Source: the human T2T-CHM13v2.0 reference genome, Homo sapiens
Reading direction: 5' to 3' (one strand)
Length of the DNA stretch: 64,000 nt
Assembly: GCF_009914755.1 (NCBI RefSeq)
Contig: NC_060925.1
Under the pieces are notes generated by a model. It saw nothing but the letters and a program-made list of their open reading frames with translations. It was not told the DNA's origin and did not search any database. Shown piece by piece: positions 1 to 14,603 of this stretch. The position numbers and the translations under genes are program-made. Each line of letters starts with the position of its first letter. Within the stretch, counting starts at the first letter, position 1.

Positions 1-309
1 AACTTAAAGGCCTTAGAAGTCTGTTTAAGTGCCAGAACACTTCATAAGAATTTCATAGCTTTTTACAACAGGAGTTCCCAAGATCCAAGAATGAACAACC
101 TCACTGTTGTTACTAACAGCATTAGTTAACATTAATGAATCCATTCAAAACTTTAAATTTTGCAGATAACAAAAATATTAGTCAAGAAGTTAGAGAAGCA
201 ATGCAAACATATTGCTATCTAAACAGAAGACACAGATCTGCCTCTTCCAGTCATCTTTTATCATTTTACTATATGATAAGCATGTCTCTGAAAGTCTATT
301 ACATAGCTT

Positions 310-512
310 AGCACAAAACTTTCTATGATGATGGAAGTGTTTTATATCTGTACTGTCCAATAAAGTAGCTAATAGCTCCATGTAGCTATTTGAACATTTA
401 ATAAGTGGCTAGTGTGACTAGGAGGTGGAAGTGAATTTTTAATTTTATTTAACTATTATAATTAAATTTAAAGAACTACATGTGACTCGTGCTACTTTAT
501 TGCATTGTGCTG
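310..512. mobile_element. hAT-Charlie DNA transposon relic, MER3-like
   Basis: ctgtccaataaagtagctaatagc...gtggctagtgtgact...aattttattt resembles MER3/MER33 consensus. Confidence 0.65.
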
Positions 513-810
513 GAAAACATCATTTACCAAAATTTTGAGATCTTAAACAAATTTAATCGATTTAAATTGGGCAATACAGGGTATACAGGGATTCAATGCA
601 AAACTGATCGAGGAGACCTGGGTCTGAAGTCCAGCTCCATTATTACCTGTATGACACTGGGCTACATATTTTAAGTTCACTAACTTTGTAAGTCCTTCTG
701 TAAAAGAGGGATAAGAACACTACTTTCAAAAGACTGTTTTAAGAATTAAGATGATGTAGGCCTAGCGCAAGGCATGGTACATAGTAACCACTATTAAACA
801 TATTGCAACA

Positions 811-1097
<287 letters not shown>

Positions 1098-1197
1098 ATA
1101 TATATATATTTAATATTATATATGTATAATATATAGTTGCAATATATATATTCAAATGAGGCAAATATATATATAGAGAGAGAGAGAGAAGGAGCAA

Positions 1198-1502
1198 CTT
1201 TTATTTATTTATTTATTTATTTTTGAGACAGAGTCTCACTCTGTCACCCAGGCTGGAGTGCAGCGCCACGATCTTGGCTCACTGCAACCTCTGCCTTCTG
1301 GGTTCAAGTGATTTCTCGTGCCTCAGCCTCCCAAATAGCTGGGACTACAGATGCACATCACCCTTCCTGGCTAATATTTGTATTTTTAGTAGAGACTGGG
1401 TTTCGCCACGTTGGCCAGGCTGGTCTCGAACTCCTGGCCTCAGGTGATCCGCCCACTTCGCCCTCCCAAAGTACGAGATTACAGGTATGAGCCACCATGC
1501 CC
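1198..1502 (-). mobile_element. AluS element (inverted relative to 811-1097)
   Basis: (TTTA)n tail, gagacagagtctcactctgtcacccaggctgg...gagccaccatgcc. Confidence 0.92.
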
Positions 1503-2028
1503 TATTATTTTTAAAGGGTATTTTTCAAAACCGTTGATCAAAGTAATTTTATTATTAGGATTATATATCATCACAGCTTTTTTATTCCAATCTCTAAAAC
1601 AAATTAAAACCTTCAAAAAAAAGTACAAAAGAAAAAAAAGAAAAAAGTATTTTTTCCTGTTAAGAATTAGTATAATATGTATGCACAATAGAGGTACAGA
1701 AACAGGAAATATGATTCACACCTAAAATTTAAATTGTTCAGTGTCTTGCCACAGATAAAATGTGTAATCTTCTGAAGTAGTAGCAACAGTTTGAAAAGAT
1801 AAAATTTAGGAATAATCATGAATAATAGCAAAATATTTAAACATCTTACAACTTTTCATCATTCTCCTCCATTTGTCAATAGATGGCTTCAGTAACGGTC
1901 ATAATTTTTGGTAATATTGTAATACATATAACAAATGCCTTAAATAGTCATTTTTATTTTATATAATTTTAAGAAGGACCTGAAGTTTTTATAATAATAT
2001 AAGTCCCTGGCACGTTTCCAAATATTTG

Positions 2029-2463
2029 ATTTTTTTTTTTGTTTTTGTTTCTTTGTGTTTTTTTAGAGACAGAGTCGCACTGGCTAGAGAGGAATGACAC
2101 AATCACAGCTCACTGCAGCCTTGAACTCCTGGGCTCAAGTGAATCCCCCCTCTCAGCTTCCCTTTCAAGTAGCTGGGACTACAGACTTGTGCCACCACAT
2201 CTGGCTAATTTTTTGTAGGGACAGGGCCTCAATCATGTTAACCAGGCTGGTCCTGAACTCCTGTCCTCAAGTGATCCTCCCACCATGACCTCTTAAAGTG
2301 CCGGGACTATAGGTGTGTGCCACCACACCTGGCTAATTTTTTGTAGGAACAGGGTCTCAATCATGTTAACCAGGATGGTCTTGAACTCCTAGCTTCAAGT
2401 GATCCTCCCACCTTGGCCTCTTAATGTGCTGGGACTATAGGCATGAGTCACTATACCTGGTCC
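2029..2463 (-). mobile_element. AluJ-like element with an internally duplicated monomer (trimeric)
   Basis: Alu right arm followed by two 128-bp copies of the left-arm segment. Confidence 0.85.
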
Positions 2464-2603
2464 CAAATATCTGTTGAAATCCTTCTTGGATTTGATCATC
2501 CTTAACAGAAAATGATCAACATAAGTCCCTGATGCAGTTTTTTAATGTATTTTGTTTGCATTCAGCAAAAAAGTTTAGTCAATTAAAAACATTACTACCA
2601 TAA

Positions 2604-2956
<353 letters not shown>

Positions 2957-3028
2957 TAAGATTAGGCAATAGTTGAAACATGAAGTTAAAAACATTAAAG
3001 ACTTTGCTTTCACACAAACTTAGCTTAC

Positions 3029-3101
3029 CTTAGTTTCTCGAGAAACAGGCAGTCGCAATAATGAATCATTGCCTACATCTCCCATAAGGAAGTTTGTAAG
3101 G
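3029..3101 (-). CDS. ARHGAP29: ARHGAP29 exon 5 (73 nt)
   Basis: Hand translation (I)LTNFLMGDVGNDSLLRLPVSRETK; acceptor ctccttggatag|C, donor AAG|gtaagc. Cumulative CDS is 510 nt = 170 codons, in frame. Exon 6 not found, so it lies left of the window. Confidence 0.95.
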
Positions 3102-3450
3102 CTATCCAAGGAGGTTAAAAAAAGAAAGACAAGTCATTATACTTCTTTGTGACAGGGTTTACATTCAACATGTTATCTAAAATAATTTTTTAAAAATAAG
3201 AACCTTAGAAATAAACCCCTAGGAATCTGTTCACATAAACCACAGTCACTTGCAAATGGATGTTGCTTCTAAATAGCTATAAAAATATCTTCGAATATAG
3301 TAATAAGGCCATACAGAAGGTAGTTTTTCCGAAGTTGTGATATTTAATACCATTTAATACTTCATTCCCCATGTATGTTACTGGATAATGCAACATACTC
3401 TCACTAAGACACCTAGGACTAGTTGCTTTAAATGACAGTTCTCTACTTAC

Positions 3451-3547
3451 ATATTTCCAAAGGTAAATGCCAAAGTTTCAATAGAAGAAAACACTTCCTG
3501 GAAGAGATCGTTTTTGTTTTCTTCATTAACTTCTGTGAAGTTCACAG
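3451..3547 (-). CDS. ARHGAP29: ARHGAP29 exon 4 (97 nt)
   Basis: Hand translation (A)VNFTEVNEENKNDLFQEVFSSIETLAFTFGN(I); acceptor ttttccttacag|CT, donor AT|gtaagt; too short for the ORF track. Confidence 0.95.
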
Positions 3548-4469
3548 CTGTAAGGAAAAGTTGGTTACAATAAGGAAAAACATACTTTAAACTAGATTTA
3601 TACAGAATCATTTAATCCTTTAAAACTTCATCATTAGTTCAAGAAGCATTAGAAGATTCAGAAATTGAAAAGCCTAACATACAAAATTGACATGATGTTC
3701 AAATTCTTCATTATGAAATTCATATAAAAGAATCAGCTTGCATAAAAGCAGTTAGCATTCCAAACTGACTACTCCATGGATTACATAATTTGACACATCT
3801 AAAAACTGACTCAATGTGAAATCCATCAGTGCTGGAGTCACAGAGTCCATGTTACACCACACCTCTCAATTATTAACACTGTTCTGTACTATTTTCTCTT
3901 CCTTACTGCTTTCTGGCATTTTAAAAAACAGCTAAACACACTGTAGCTCACTGAAGGCAATATGAGGTACATTTTTTAGTATGAATTACCAATAATTAAA
4001 GTCATATATATATACATATATTTGACAAAGCATAAAACCTGTAACAAAGCACATCACATTAAAAAAAAACACCCAGTGATTTGGAAAATTAAAATTCCTA
4101 TTTACTTACAGCCTTATTTCTTATAACAGGCTCTTGGGCTCTGAGGTCCATGTTAATTGACATACAGCTAGCTGCATTTTGTTTACAATAGAGATATTCT
4201 AATATTTTGCATTTTGTTAAAGCAAATTATGAAACAAAACTGAAAAAGATTTCTTATTTTAACTTCTGTATACACTCTTGTTAAAAGCCCAAACACGGTT
4301 TACCAAGACAAAGTCTGAAAGTGGAATTGGTAATTTTTTTAAAGTAACTGTTGCTACTTGGGCTGGGTATAAAGAGTAACTGGTTCCCTATATGACCCCT
4401 CCCTAATATTCTCACCAATAAAGGGAAGGAAGAGAAACCTTTTGAAGAAGTCACTCTCTATTTTAAAAC

Positions 4470-4645
4470 AGAGTTGTCTTTAATCTTGGCTGCACATTAG
4501 AATTACCTGGGGAGTTTTATTAATAAAAACAAAGTCTGGGTCCCACTAATCAAAGATTCAGATTTCATAGGTACGTGGTGAAGAATATATTTTGTTGCAA
4601 GCTCTCTCATGTGATTCTAATACACAACGAGAGTTGGAAAGCAAG
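4470..4645. mobile_element. MER5A-like hAT-Charlie relic
   Basis: cttggctgcacattagaattacctgggga...gattcagattt...gtgattctaat. Confidence 0.65.
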
Positions 4646-4946
4646 AATTCCTAGGCAGGAGTGAATTAAACTTCAAGCCTATAAATCCCATGAAATTGCA
4701 ACCAAAATTTTATATGCATAAGCCTCTGTAGATTGGCAGGTGGGAGGCTAAGATCCATAACCTTCATCAGATTCTTCTAAATATCACTGATACAAACAAA
4801 AAGAAAAAGTTACCATTGCGAATATGGTTCTTAAATAATGGGCATTTAAAAAATATTCTCAGACTTCTGCTCTGACCAAGATGGAGAAACAGATTATACT
4901 TCTACCTGAAACAACTAAAAGACACTCAAATAAAATATAAGAAATA

Positions 4947-5110
4947 GGCTGGGTGTGGTGGCTCATGCCTGTAATCCCGGGGCTTTGGGAGGCCAAGGCA
5001 GGAGGATCACTTGTGGCCAAGAGTTCAAGACTGCAGTTAGTTATAACTGCACCACTGCACTCCAGCCTGACAGAGCAAAACTCTGTTTCTTATTTAAAAA
5101 AAAAAAAAAA
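4947..5110 (+). mobile_element. Monomeric Alu (FAM/FRAM-like)
   Basis: Single Alu monomer with A tail. Confidence 0.75.
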
Positions 5111-5192
5111 GATTTCTATACAAAGGACATTACCAGGGATAAAAAGAGTCATTTATAATTATGAAAGAGTTGATTCATCAAAAGGACATAAC

Positions 5193-5504
5193 AGCCAGGT
5201 GCAGTGGCTCATGCCTGTAATCCCAGCACTTTGGGAGGCCGAGGTGGACAGATTGTCTGAGCTCAGAAGTTCAAGACCAGCCTGGGCAACATGGCGAAAC
5301 CCCATCTCTACTAAAAATACAAAAAATTAGCCAGGCAATGGTGACGCGTGCCTGTAATCCCAGCTACTGGGAAGGTTGAGGCATGAGAATCACTTGAACC
5401 CAGGAGGCAGAGGTTGCAGTAAGCTGAAATCATACCACTGCACTCCAGCCTGGGCGACAGAGCAAGGCTCTGGCTCCAAAAAAAAAAAAAAAAAAAAAAA
5501 AAAA
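5193..5504 (+). mobile_element. AluS inserted in old L1, TSD aaaaggaca(t/c)aaca
   Basis: Full dimer, long poly-A, flanking direct repeat. Confidence 0.92.
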
Positions 5505-5933
5505 AGGACACAACAATTCCATATATTTATGTACCTAATAAACAGAGCTTTAAAATACTGAAAAACTGCAACAAAAAACACATAAATTCACAGTTGTAAC
5601 TGGTGATTTCAATAACCCTTCGCAATAACTGACAGAACGCGTAGATGGAAAATAAGTAAGCATAGGGAAGATGAGAACAACACTATCTACCACCTTGACA
5701 AGACATTTATATGACACCCTACCTGACAAAGCAAAACACATGTTCTTTTCAAATGCACACTGAATATCGTTACCAAGATAGACTATATTATGGGCCATAA
5801 AACAAGTCTTGATGAGTTTAAAAGGATTCAAATGAGGCAAAATATTTTTGTGACAACATGAAATTAAATCAGAAACAACAGAAGGATCTCTGGAAAATCT
5901 CCAAATATTTAGAAACTAAATAACACACTTTTA

Positions 5934-6153
5934 TTTATTTATTTTTAAATTTTATTATTATTATACTTTAAGTTTTAGGGTGCATATGCACAACGTGCAT
6001 GTTTGTTACATACATATAAATGTGACAAGTTGGTGTGCTGCACCCATTAACTGTCATTTAGCATTAGGTATATCTCCTAATGCTATCCCTCCCTCCTCCC
6101 CCCACCCCACAACAGTCCCTGGTGTGTCATGTTCCCCTTCCTGTGTCCATGTG
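5934..6153 (-). mobile_element. 5'-truncated L1PA 3' end with 15-bp TSD aataacacactttta (5919-5933 / 6154-6168)
   Basis: ttattattatactttaagttttagggt...cctaatgctatccctccc is the L1PA 3' UTR; perfect TSD. Confidence 0.9.
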
Positions 6154-6216
6154 AATAACACACTTTTAAATAACCCAGGTGTCAAAGAAGAAAAAAGGAA
6201 ATTAAAAAGTATTCTG

Positions 6217-6462
6217 ACCCAGCACTTTGGGAGACCGAGGCGGGAGGATCACCTGAGGTCAGGAGTTTGAGACCAGCCTGGCCAACATGGCAAAACCCCG
6301 TCTCTACTAAAAGTACAAAAATTAGCTGGGGGTAGTGACGCACTCCTGTAATCAATCCCACCTACTCAGGAGGCTGAGGCAGGAGACTGCAGTGGGCTGA
6401 GATCTCACCACTGCACACTAGCCTGGGTGACAGAGCGAGACTCCATCTCAAAAAATTTAAAA
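6217..6462 (+). mobile_element. AluS, 5'-truncated with internal deletion
   Basis: cccagcactttgggagaccgaggcggg...gactccatctcaaaaaa. Confidence 0.85.
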
Positions 6463-6991
6463 AAGGGATTTTGCAGAATAAAAATGAAAAAAACAACATA
6501 TCAAGATTTGTGAAAGGGGGGACCAAGAGATACAGGTAGAATGATGACAATTTCACAGGAGTATGATGCATGTCAGAATTTTCAAATTGCACCATTGTTT
6601 ATTATACAATCGTACCTCAATAAAGCTGTTTATAAAAATACATTGTAGACTTTAAATAGTAATTTATAATATAATACCATCAAAAATGTAAATCCTACTT
6701 GTATTTCCTAACTTTAAGCTGTTAAAAAATAGTTTATAACCCTATCCAAAATTGTATAATTATTCTTACTTTCTTGTATTTTTTTATCAAACTAAACATG
6801 ACTGGGAGATTAAAAAATAATTGTAACAACTGTTGAGTAGTGAAAAGAATAATTATTGAATCAATTCAACATTTGAACCATCTTATCTTCATCCCTACCT
6901 GAGCGAAGTTATAGCCATCTAATGAAAATTCCTATTCCTAATGCCTTGGCCTGACTTCAAAACAGCCCTATATTTCTAATATCTAATATAA

Positions 6992-7674
<683 letters not shown>

Positions 7675-7675
7675 G

Positions 7676-7855
7676 GAAAACTTTTTCTATAAAGGACCAG
7701 GTAGTAAATATTTTACACTTTTCAGGCCAGTCAATTCTGTTGAAAGGGGCCATAGATGATACATAAATGGATAAGACTGTGTTCCAATAAACCTTTATTT
7801 ACAAAAACAGGCAGCTGGCCAGATTTGGCCCACCAGCCTGTGTGCCAACGCCTGG
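7676..7855. mobile_element. MER58A-like DNA transposon relic
   Basis: ctttttctataaagg..agtaaatatttta...tgttccaataaacctttatttacaaaaacaggc. Confidence 0.7.
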
Positions 7856-7859
7856 TAAA

Positions 7860-8440
7860 GTGGATGGGTTCCGAAGTCAGTCTGCCTAAGTTAAATCCTA
7901 ACTCTCTCTCTTACAATGTTACATAACTTCACCCCTCTGTAACTCAGTTTCCTCATTTATAAACTGGGGATAATTACGTACTTTGAGAACTGTTGTGAAG
8001 ATTAAATGAACTTAGAACAGAGCCTGTTACATAGAAGATGTTCAAAAATGTTAGCTATTATTATCATATAACACAAAACACTGTCAACAATAACCTATCA
8101 GTCAAAATTAGATGTCTTTTTTCTTCTAAGTCTTCAAGCTACTAAACCTTTTTGCAAGTTTCAACAACACTACCACTTAATATGTATGTTGGACAAGCTT
8201 CTCTCTATGCCTCAGTTTCCATATCTGCAAAATAAGAGGTGATATAACAGTAATATATACTGATAAAAGGCTTTGGAGTTTCAGCCCTGAGTTCAAATCT
8301 GGTCTCTACTACTTTGTGTGTTAGTCTGGACACATTACCTAACTTCAATTTCCTCATAAGCAAAACAGCATATTATTGAGAGGAATGACTGAGAAAACAA
8401 ATGTGAAGCACCCAGAGTACAGTGCTTGAATTCAGTAAAC
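7860..8440 (+). mobile_element. MIR elements (two or more)
   Basis: ctcagtttcctcatttataaa...ttgtgaagattaaatga core. Confidence 0.65.
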
Positions 8441-9329
8441 ACAAGCTCTGTTCCTCTGTTCAATATCTATCTGTACACAATCTGTAGTTCATAGAGCTTT
8501 CTCCACTTAGCCTCTATAGCTCTCATCTTGGCTTTCTTTATATACACTATCCCTACAGAATCTCACCCACTTCCATACCTTTGAGGGAACAAATTCCTAA
8601 ACTACCTGTCTAGTTTTAACCTCCAAGCTCCAGATTCGCATTTCTAATAGGCTGATATATTTCTTCTCCTACTTTCCACCTGCTATTTTCCATACAATCC
8701 TTAGCTCATTAGCTTCACTTTCAAAAATGCCTCTAAAATATTTTTTCTTCCTTTCCATCCCCATTGCCATTGATTTAATTCAAAAGCCCACGTTTTACCT
8801 CTAGTCTGAACTATTTAACAACCTAACTGGTGTCTCTGTCTCCACTCCATCCCCTCTATTAATAGTCCTTCAAAAGCTCATTAAAATGTTGCTTAAGGTT
8901 TAAATAATTGCCTCCCTTGGGTTCCCTATTAAATCCCAATACCAAGTCCTAAGACACGTTTAGTATCTCTTCAAGAAATCACCTGAATAGCTTTCATTCA
9001 TACAACCTATTAGAGCAGCAACTTTCAAATGTTTTTGACCACAACCTTGGGAAAAAATACATATTGCATCATGACTGAGTATTCTATACACACATAATCA
9101 GCTATATAACACCTATAAAATTTCTGACACATACTTAAGTTTTATGTAATGAGTGTTGCTTCTGATTTTTCTTTTCTATTCTCTTTCATTTTTTAAAAAT
9201 GCTGGTCACAATCCACTAACTTGATGTCATGAGTCAGAGCCCATAGTTCAAAAACCATTCAATTAAAAGATGCAATGGAAGAAAAGCATGAAAAGGAAAA
9301 AAAAAAAAAAAGAAAATAATAAAATACAT

Positions 9330-10800
9330 AGGGAAAAAAACCAAAAAAGCTACAAGACCTACCTAATGAAAACTTTCAGTTGCTTCTGAGGAACATAAAA
9401 GACAACTTCAAGAAACAAAGTACATATTATATTCTTGGATAGAAATACTAAATATGTATATTTTCCTTAATTTAATCTATAAATTTAACTCAAATCATCA
9501 AAAAACAAAACAAAACAAAAAAAAAACCAGTAGATATTTTTTAGAACCAAACAGCCAATTCAAAAATCTTCATGGAAAAAATAAAATTCTGAACAAGCTA
9601 TCCCTACCAGATACTAAAATGTCATAAAAACTATAATAAAAACAGTGTGGCCTGGGCATACAACTAAACAAATCAGTGGAACAGAATTAAGGTCCATAAA
9701 TAGATATATGTGAGAATGTAGTGTATTTATGATAAAGGTGACATCTCAAATTAGTGGCGAAAATATGAATTACCTGATAAATTTACTAGACACTTAGATA
9801 CTTTACAATGTTTCTGAAGACTTAAATTCAACAAATGAAACCATGAAACATCAGAAGAAAAAACATTCAAGAATTCTATTATAATCTCAGAGCAGAGAAG
9901 CCTTTCCTAATACTCAAAACCCAGAAACCATAAAAGACTGAAAAATGTTAATGCAAAAATAAAAGACAAAAAATGAAGTAAAAAAAATTTTTCAACATTA
10001 ATCAAAGACTAAAGGCTAATTTTACTTATACAGAGTTTCTACAAATCAATACTAAAAGGAGACCTACCAGCAAAAGAAAAGCAGATAAAAGGTCAATTAA
10101 CATAAAAGGATGTAAAAACGTTATTGAAACAAATGAAAAGATATTCAACTGTACTCAAAATGAGTGAAATGCAAATCAAACCTAGGCTGATACCACTTTT
10201 CACTATCATACTGGATAACAGAGCTTTGTAACCAGTTCTGTTGGCAAAGGTGCAGGAAATCAGCCTCTTCAGCACTGCTATCAGAAGGGCAGAACCTATA
10301 CTGAAGGCATCTGGTAATATCAAAAAATATAAACACACATGCTTGCTGATTCAGCAATTATTCATCTAGGAATTTGCATGACTATTTATTGAAGCACTGT
10401 TTGTAATAGGAAAAAAACTGGAAATGATCCAAACATCTATTAGTAGTTAACTGATTAAATAAATTATAGTACATCAATATAAGGGATTACCATACAGCTT
10501 TGAAGAAACAATAACAAAAGAATGAGGAAACCCTTTATGTGCAGGTAACTCATGACAATGAGCAAGGAGCAGAACGCTACCATCTGTGCAAAAAGGAGGT
10601 TAAAAAAGAGAACACATCCGTGTATTTGCTTGTATATGTGTATCTCTGAAAAAACACACAAGAGACCAATAAAGGTTGTTACTTATCTAGGTAAAGGAAT
10701 GAGTGACTAATAGTCAAAAGCAACAAAGAAACTTCATCATCGTTCAATACCCTTTTATACCATTTGGATTCTGTGTGAACTGCCTATTAATAAAATTAAG
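9330..10800 (+). mobile_element. Old L1 (L1M/L1ME-type) ORF2 3' part and 3' UTR
   Basis: aatcagtggaacagaatt, gaaatgcaaatcaaa, catctaggaattt are degenerate L1 ORF2 motifs. Confidence 0.65.
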
Positions 10801-11405
10801 TTTTCAAAACAAATACAAGGCTTCTACAATCTTGGAGGCATAATTAAGACTTATTTTTCTTTTTTGTTTACCAATTTTTAAATATAGGGTAAAATGCAGA
10901 ACATAAAAAACCTAAATTAAGGGTTATTTTCATTTATATTAGAAATAAGATTGACCAAAATAACTGAAAATAATGAAAACAAATAGTACATAATAAATTA
11001 CTGAGTTCTGAAGATACCTTTATCTCCTTTAAAAATAGGCTATATCTCTCTTACCATATTGCAAATATTTTGTCAGACTGAATTTCCTGCTTGGAAACAT
11101 GAGAACACACAGGAAATACAAATCACTATTAGAATGAATGGGAAAAAAATTAAAGATTTTTCTTTTAAAGTTATTAAAAGGTAAACTCCACATTTAAAAT
11201 AAAAAATATGGGTAAAGATTCCAATTTCTCACTTCTTATACAGAGGAAGCAGGCACCCTTCATGCATTCAAACCTGTGGTAATACAAGTAAGATTACACA
11301 TCCCTGATTCTAAAGTTATTCTGTATTTTTTTTCTATTGTTTGGTAGATTTGAAAAAATGCATTTCATACTTAAGGTCTCCAAAGTAAGTCATATACCTA
11401 GGTCA

Positions 11406-12066
<661 letters not shown>

Positions 12067-14468
12067 ACTGAAACCTCAAATAATATAAAGGATCTCCATA
12101 CTCCAGACAGCTTTCTGTCCCAGAAACTTTTCCTTTCTGAAATAGCTACTACTGTACATTTATAGGTTTTAAAGCACTTAGACTGGCTGGCACTGAACAG
12201 ATACTCAAAATGGTTTCTACTTACCCTCTGCCTTTCCAGGTTTTGAAAACTAAATTACCATTAAATGAAACCATTAATTAAGTTGATTTGACCTCAATTT
12301 TTCAAGTTGCTGAATATTTTTCAATTGGGGTATCAATTATATTTTTAAATGGCCTCAAAAGTGAGAGTTGGGGCAGGGAAAGAGGTTTTATTATAAACCA
12401 TATAAACTTAACACAAAGAAAACACAATATTTAAAGTGTTCTAGTCTCATAGAGTCCTACCAAACAGAGGAAGTTTCCCAACAACAAAATAATCTTCCCC
12501 TTTTAAATGTCATCCAGCACAAAAGTAAAACAGTTACAATAATCCCAAGTATAAAGATAGTAATAGTGGAAAATAATATTCAGAAGATTGCTTTTCCTCA
12601 AAGACAGAAAGATCTTCAAGGTATCTGAGAGAGCACTCTCTTCAAGTTTGTTTCTGGAATGTGGACACCAACTATACACAGGCGCACTCCTTCCCCAGGA
12701 CATCCTGACTGCACACAATAGCTACTGACAACAATTGAACTAGGTCGCTATTTCCAAGCATGGAAATTTTACTATCTATAGACACAAATTTCCCTATCTA
12801 AGTAAAGTTAAATGGTACTTGTAAACAATCTATTTAGAAACAAATTTGGTTACTAAGCACATTTTTAAAAGTCAGGACAGAAGAAGCTATCCATGTTTCC
12901 CATTTAAAAATCATCTACATTTTTTTCAGTGTTTGAAATACAGAAAAAAGGAAACCACACAAACATGATAAATCTATGTCAAAAAGTGCTGGTAGGGGTG
13001 GTTTCCTTAAGTATATGAACTATATTTTGTAGACAAGGTTTTTATTTTCCTTTCCTGCTTCATCCCTTAACACATGCCCTTTAGCCTCTCCAAATATGAT
13101 CCTGTTCACCAATCTCATCATGTTCTTCTCACCCAGAGTTCTTGTATTACAGCCCCATCCCCACCAAGTCCAGCCCAGTTAATGCCTACTTGACCTTTTC
13201 GACTCAGGACCGGCAATCCCTTTCCCCAAAGAAGAGTTTCCTTTCCTCATTCAGCCTAGAGTGAGTTCCTCACTCTGTGCTCCCATGGTGCCTAGGCGTA
13301 CTTCTATCACAGAATTGATCACAGGATTGCTGTTACCTTGTCTGTCTCTGATTGCTACATCACTGCTCCCTAAAGGTCACTTTCTGTAGTTTTATTACTT
13401 TGAATCCATTTACCTTATCGGTAGCATTTAACACTGATAATCACTTCTTAAAACCCTGCACTTTTAAAATTCCATGTCACCTCCTTGCAGGTCCATCTCC
13501 CTACCTGTTAGGTGTTTCTCCAATTCCTCTGTATCTTCTCTCTGTCCCTGGGATCTCACATCAGTCCTCTACTTACTCTGCACACTCAGCTGATGTCATC
13601 CTTTTCCATTACCTATACATCAACAATTCCCAAGTCCACATCTTCAACACCGAACTTCTCCATAACCACTAACATTCAACCTGTGTCGTTCTGTCAAACT
13701 GACATCCATTCCTTCTTATTTAACAAATCACATTCTACCACTACCACACCCCAGCTTCCGCTCATTTAAGCCCTCAGCTTCAACCCTCATCTAGCCCATT
13801 ATTCCTAACAATCTCCTATTTCCCTGCCTCCTGTCTCATTTCTTCTCAAATACTCACTTCGCTCTCAATCCTTCTTTTATATACTGCAACCCAGAATAAT
13901 TCACAACTTTGAATGGCAAGTCATTTCATCAGAGGATAATGGTCCAATTCTTCATGCTAAGTTTTAGCACATATATGCTATAGATACACACACACCCATA
14001 CATATATGATAAACTTATTTTACAATTTTAATTTCATTTTCACATTTTAGATAAGGTCCCAATTAAGCCTTCTTTTTCTCCATTTGATTCCCTCTTTTAA
14101 GTAGTCACTGCACATTACCACTCTCCAACATCAATTTGTCCTCACCTAACAAAGACTTCTTGTACACCAATCACCTCGAAAGAGCGTGCACTCATTCATA
14201 AAAAACTCAAATTTTAAACATCAGTTGTTTGGTTAAAGTTAAGTCTTTTTAAAGTATTCACTGCCAAATAAAGTTAGTTTTTAAAAGGAAGAAAGCTTTA
14301 GGTGTGACTTAGTGGGAATATTTCAATATCAAAGTATATATAACTCCTTATTAACATACATCACACAAATGCAATGAGAGGAATTGGCTATATATTCACT
14401 ATAGACCAAAATATATCACTTGGCTCCTTTTTGCCCACAGCAACCCACTTTTACTATATCTTCCTTAC

Positions 14469-14603
14469 CTTTCACTTTTGCAGTGAGCATTTCTGCAGCA
14501 TTTTGAAGATCAACAGAATTGAGGTTCTGATGTTTATTCATTATAGACTTTAAAACACGGAGCAGTTCCTCTAGACGTATATGAATAACTTCTTTAAAAC
14601 AGT
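14469..14603 (-). CDS. ARHGAP29: ARHGAP29 exon 3 (135 nt, phase 1-1)
   Basis: Encodes (D)CFKEVIHIRLEELLRVLKSIMNKHQNLNSVDLQNAAEMLTAKVK; acceptor tttttaaag|AC, donor AAAG|gtaagg; frame continues from exon 2. Confidence 0.96.

Larger units (their letters stand above)
5505..6640 (+). mobile_element. Old L1M fragments (ORF2 endonuclease region and 3' end) interrupted by younger inserts
   Basis: tatgtacctaataacagagc, gatttcaataaccc, caagatagactatattatgggcc are L1 EN-like; tacctcaataaagctg is an L1M 3' end. Confidence 0.7.

Noticed and set aside
12219-12230. Strong minus-strand donor AGG|gtaagt in intron 3
   Set aside because: No convincing matching acceptor or coding frame identified; such motifs are common by chance.
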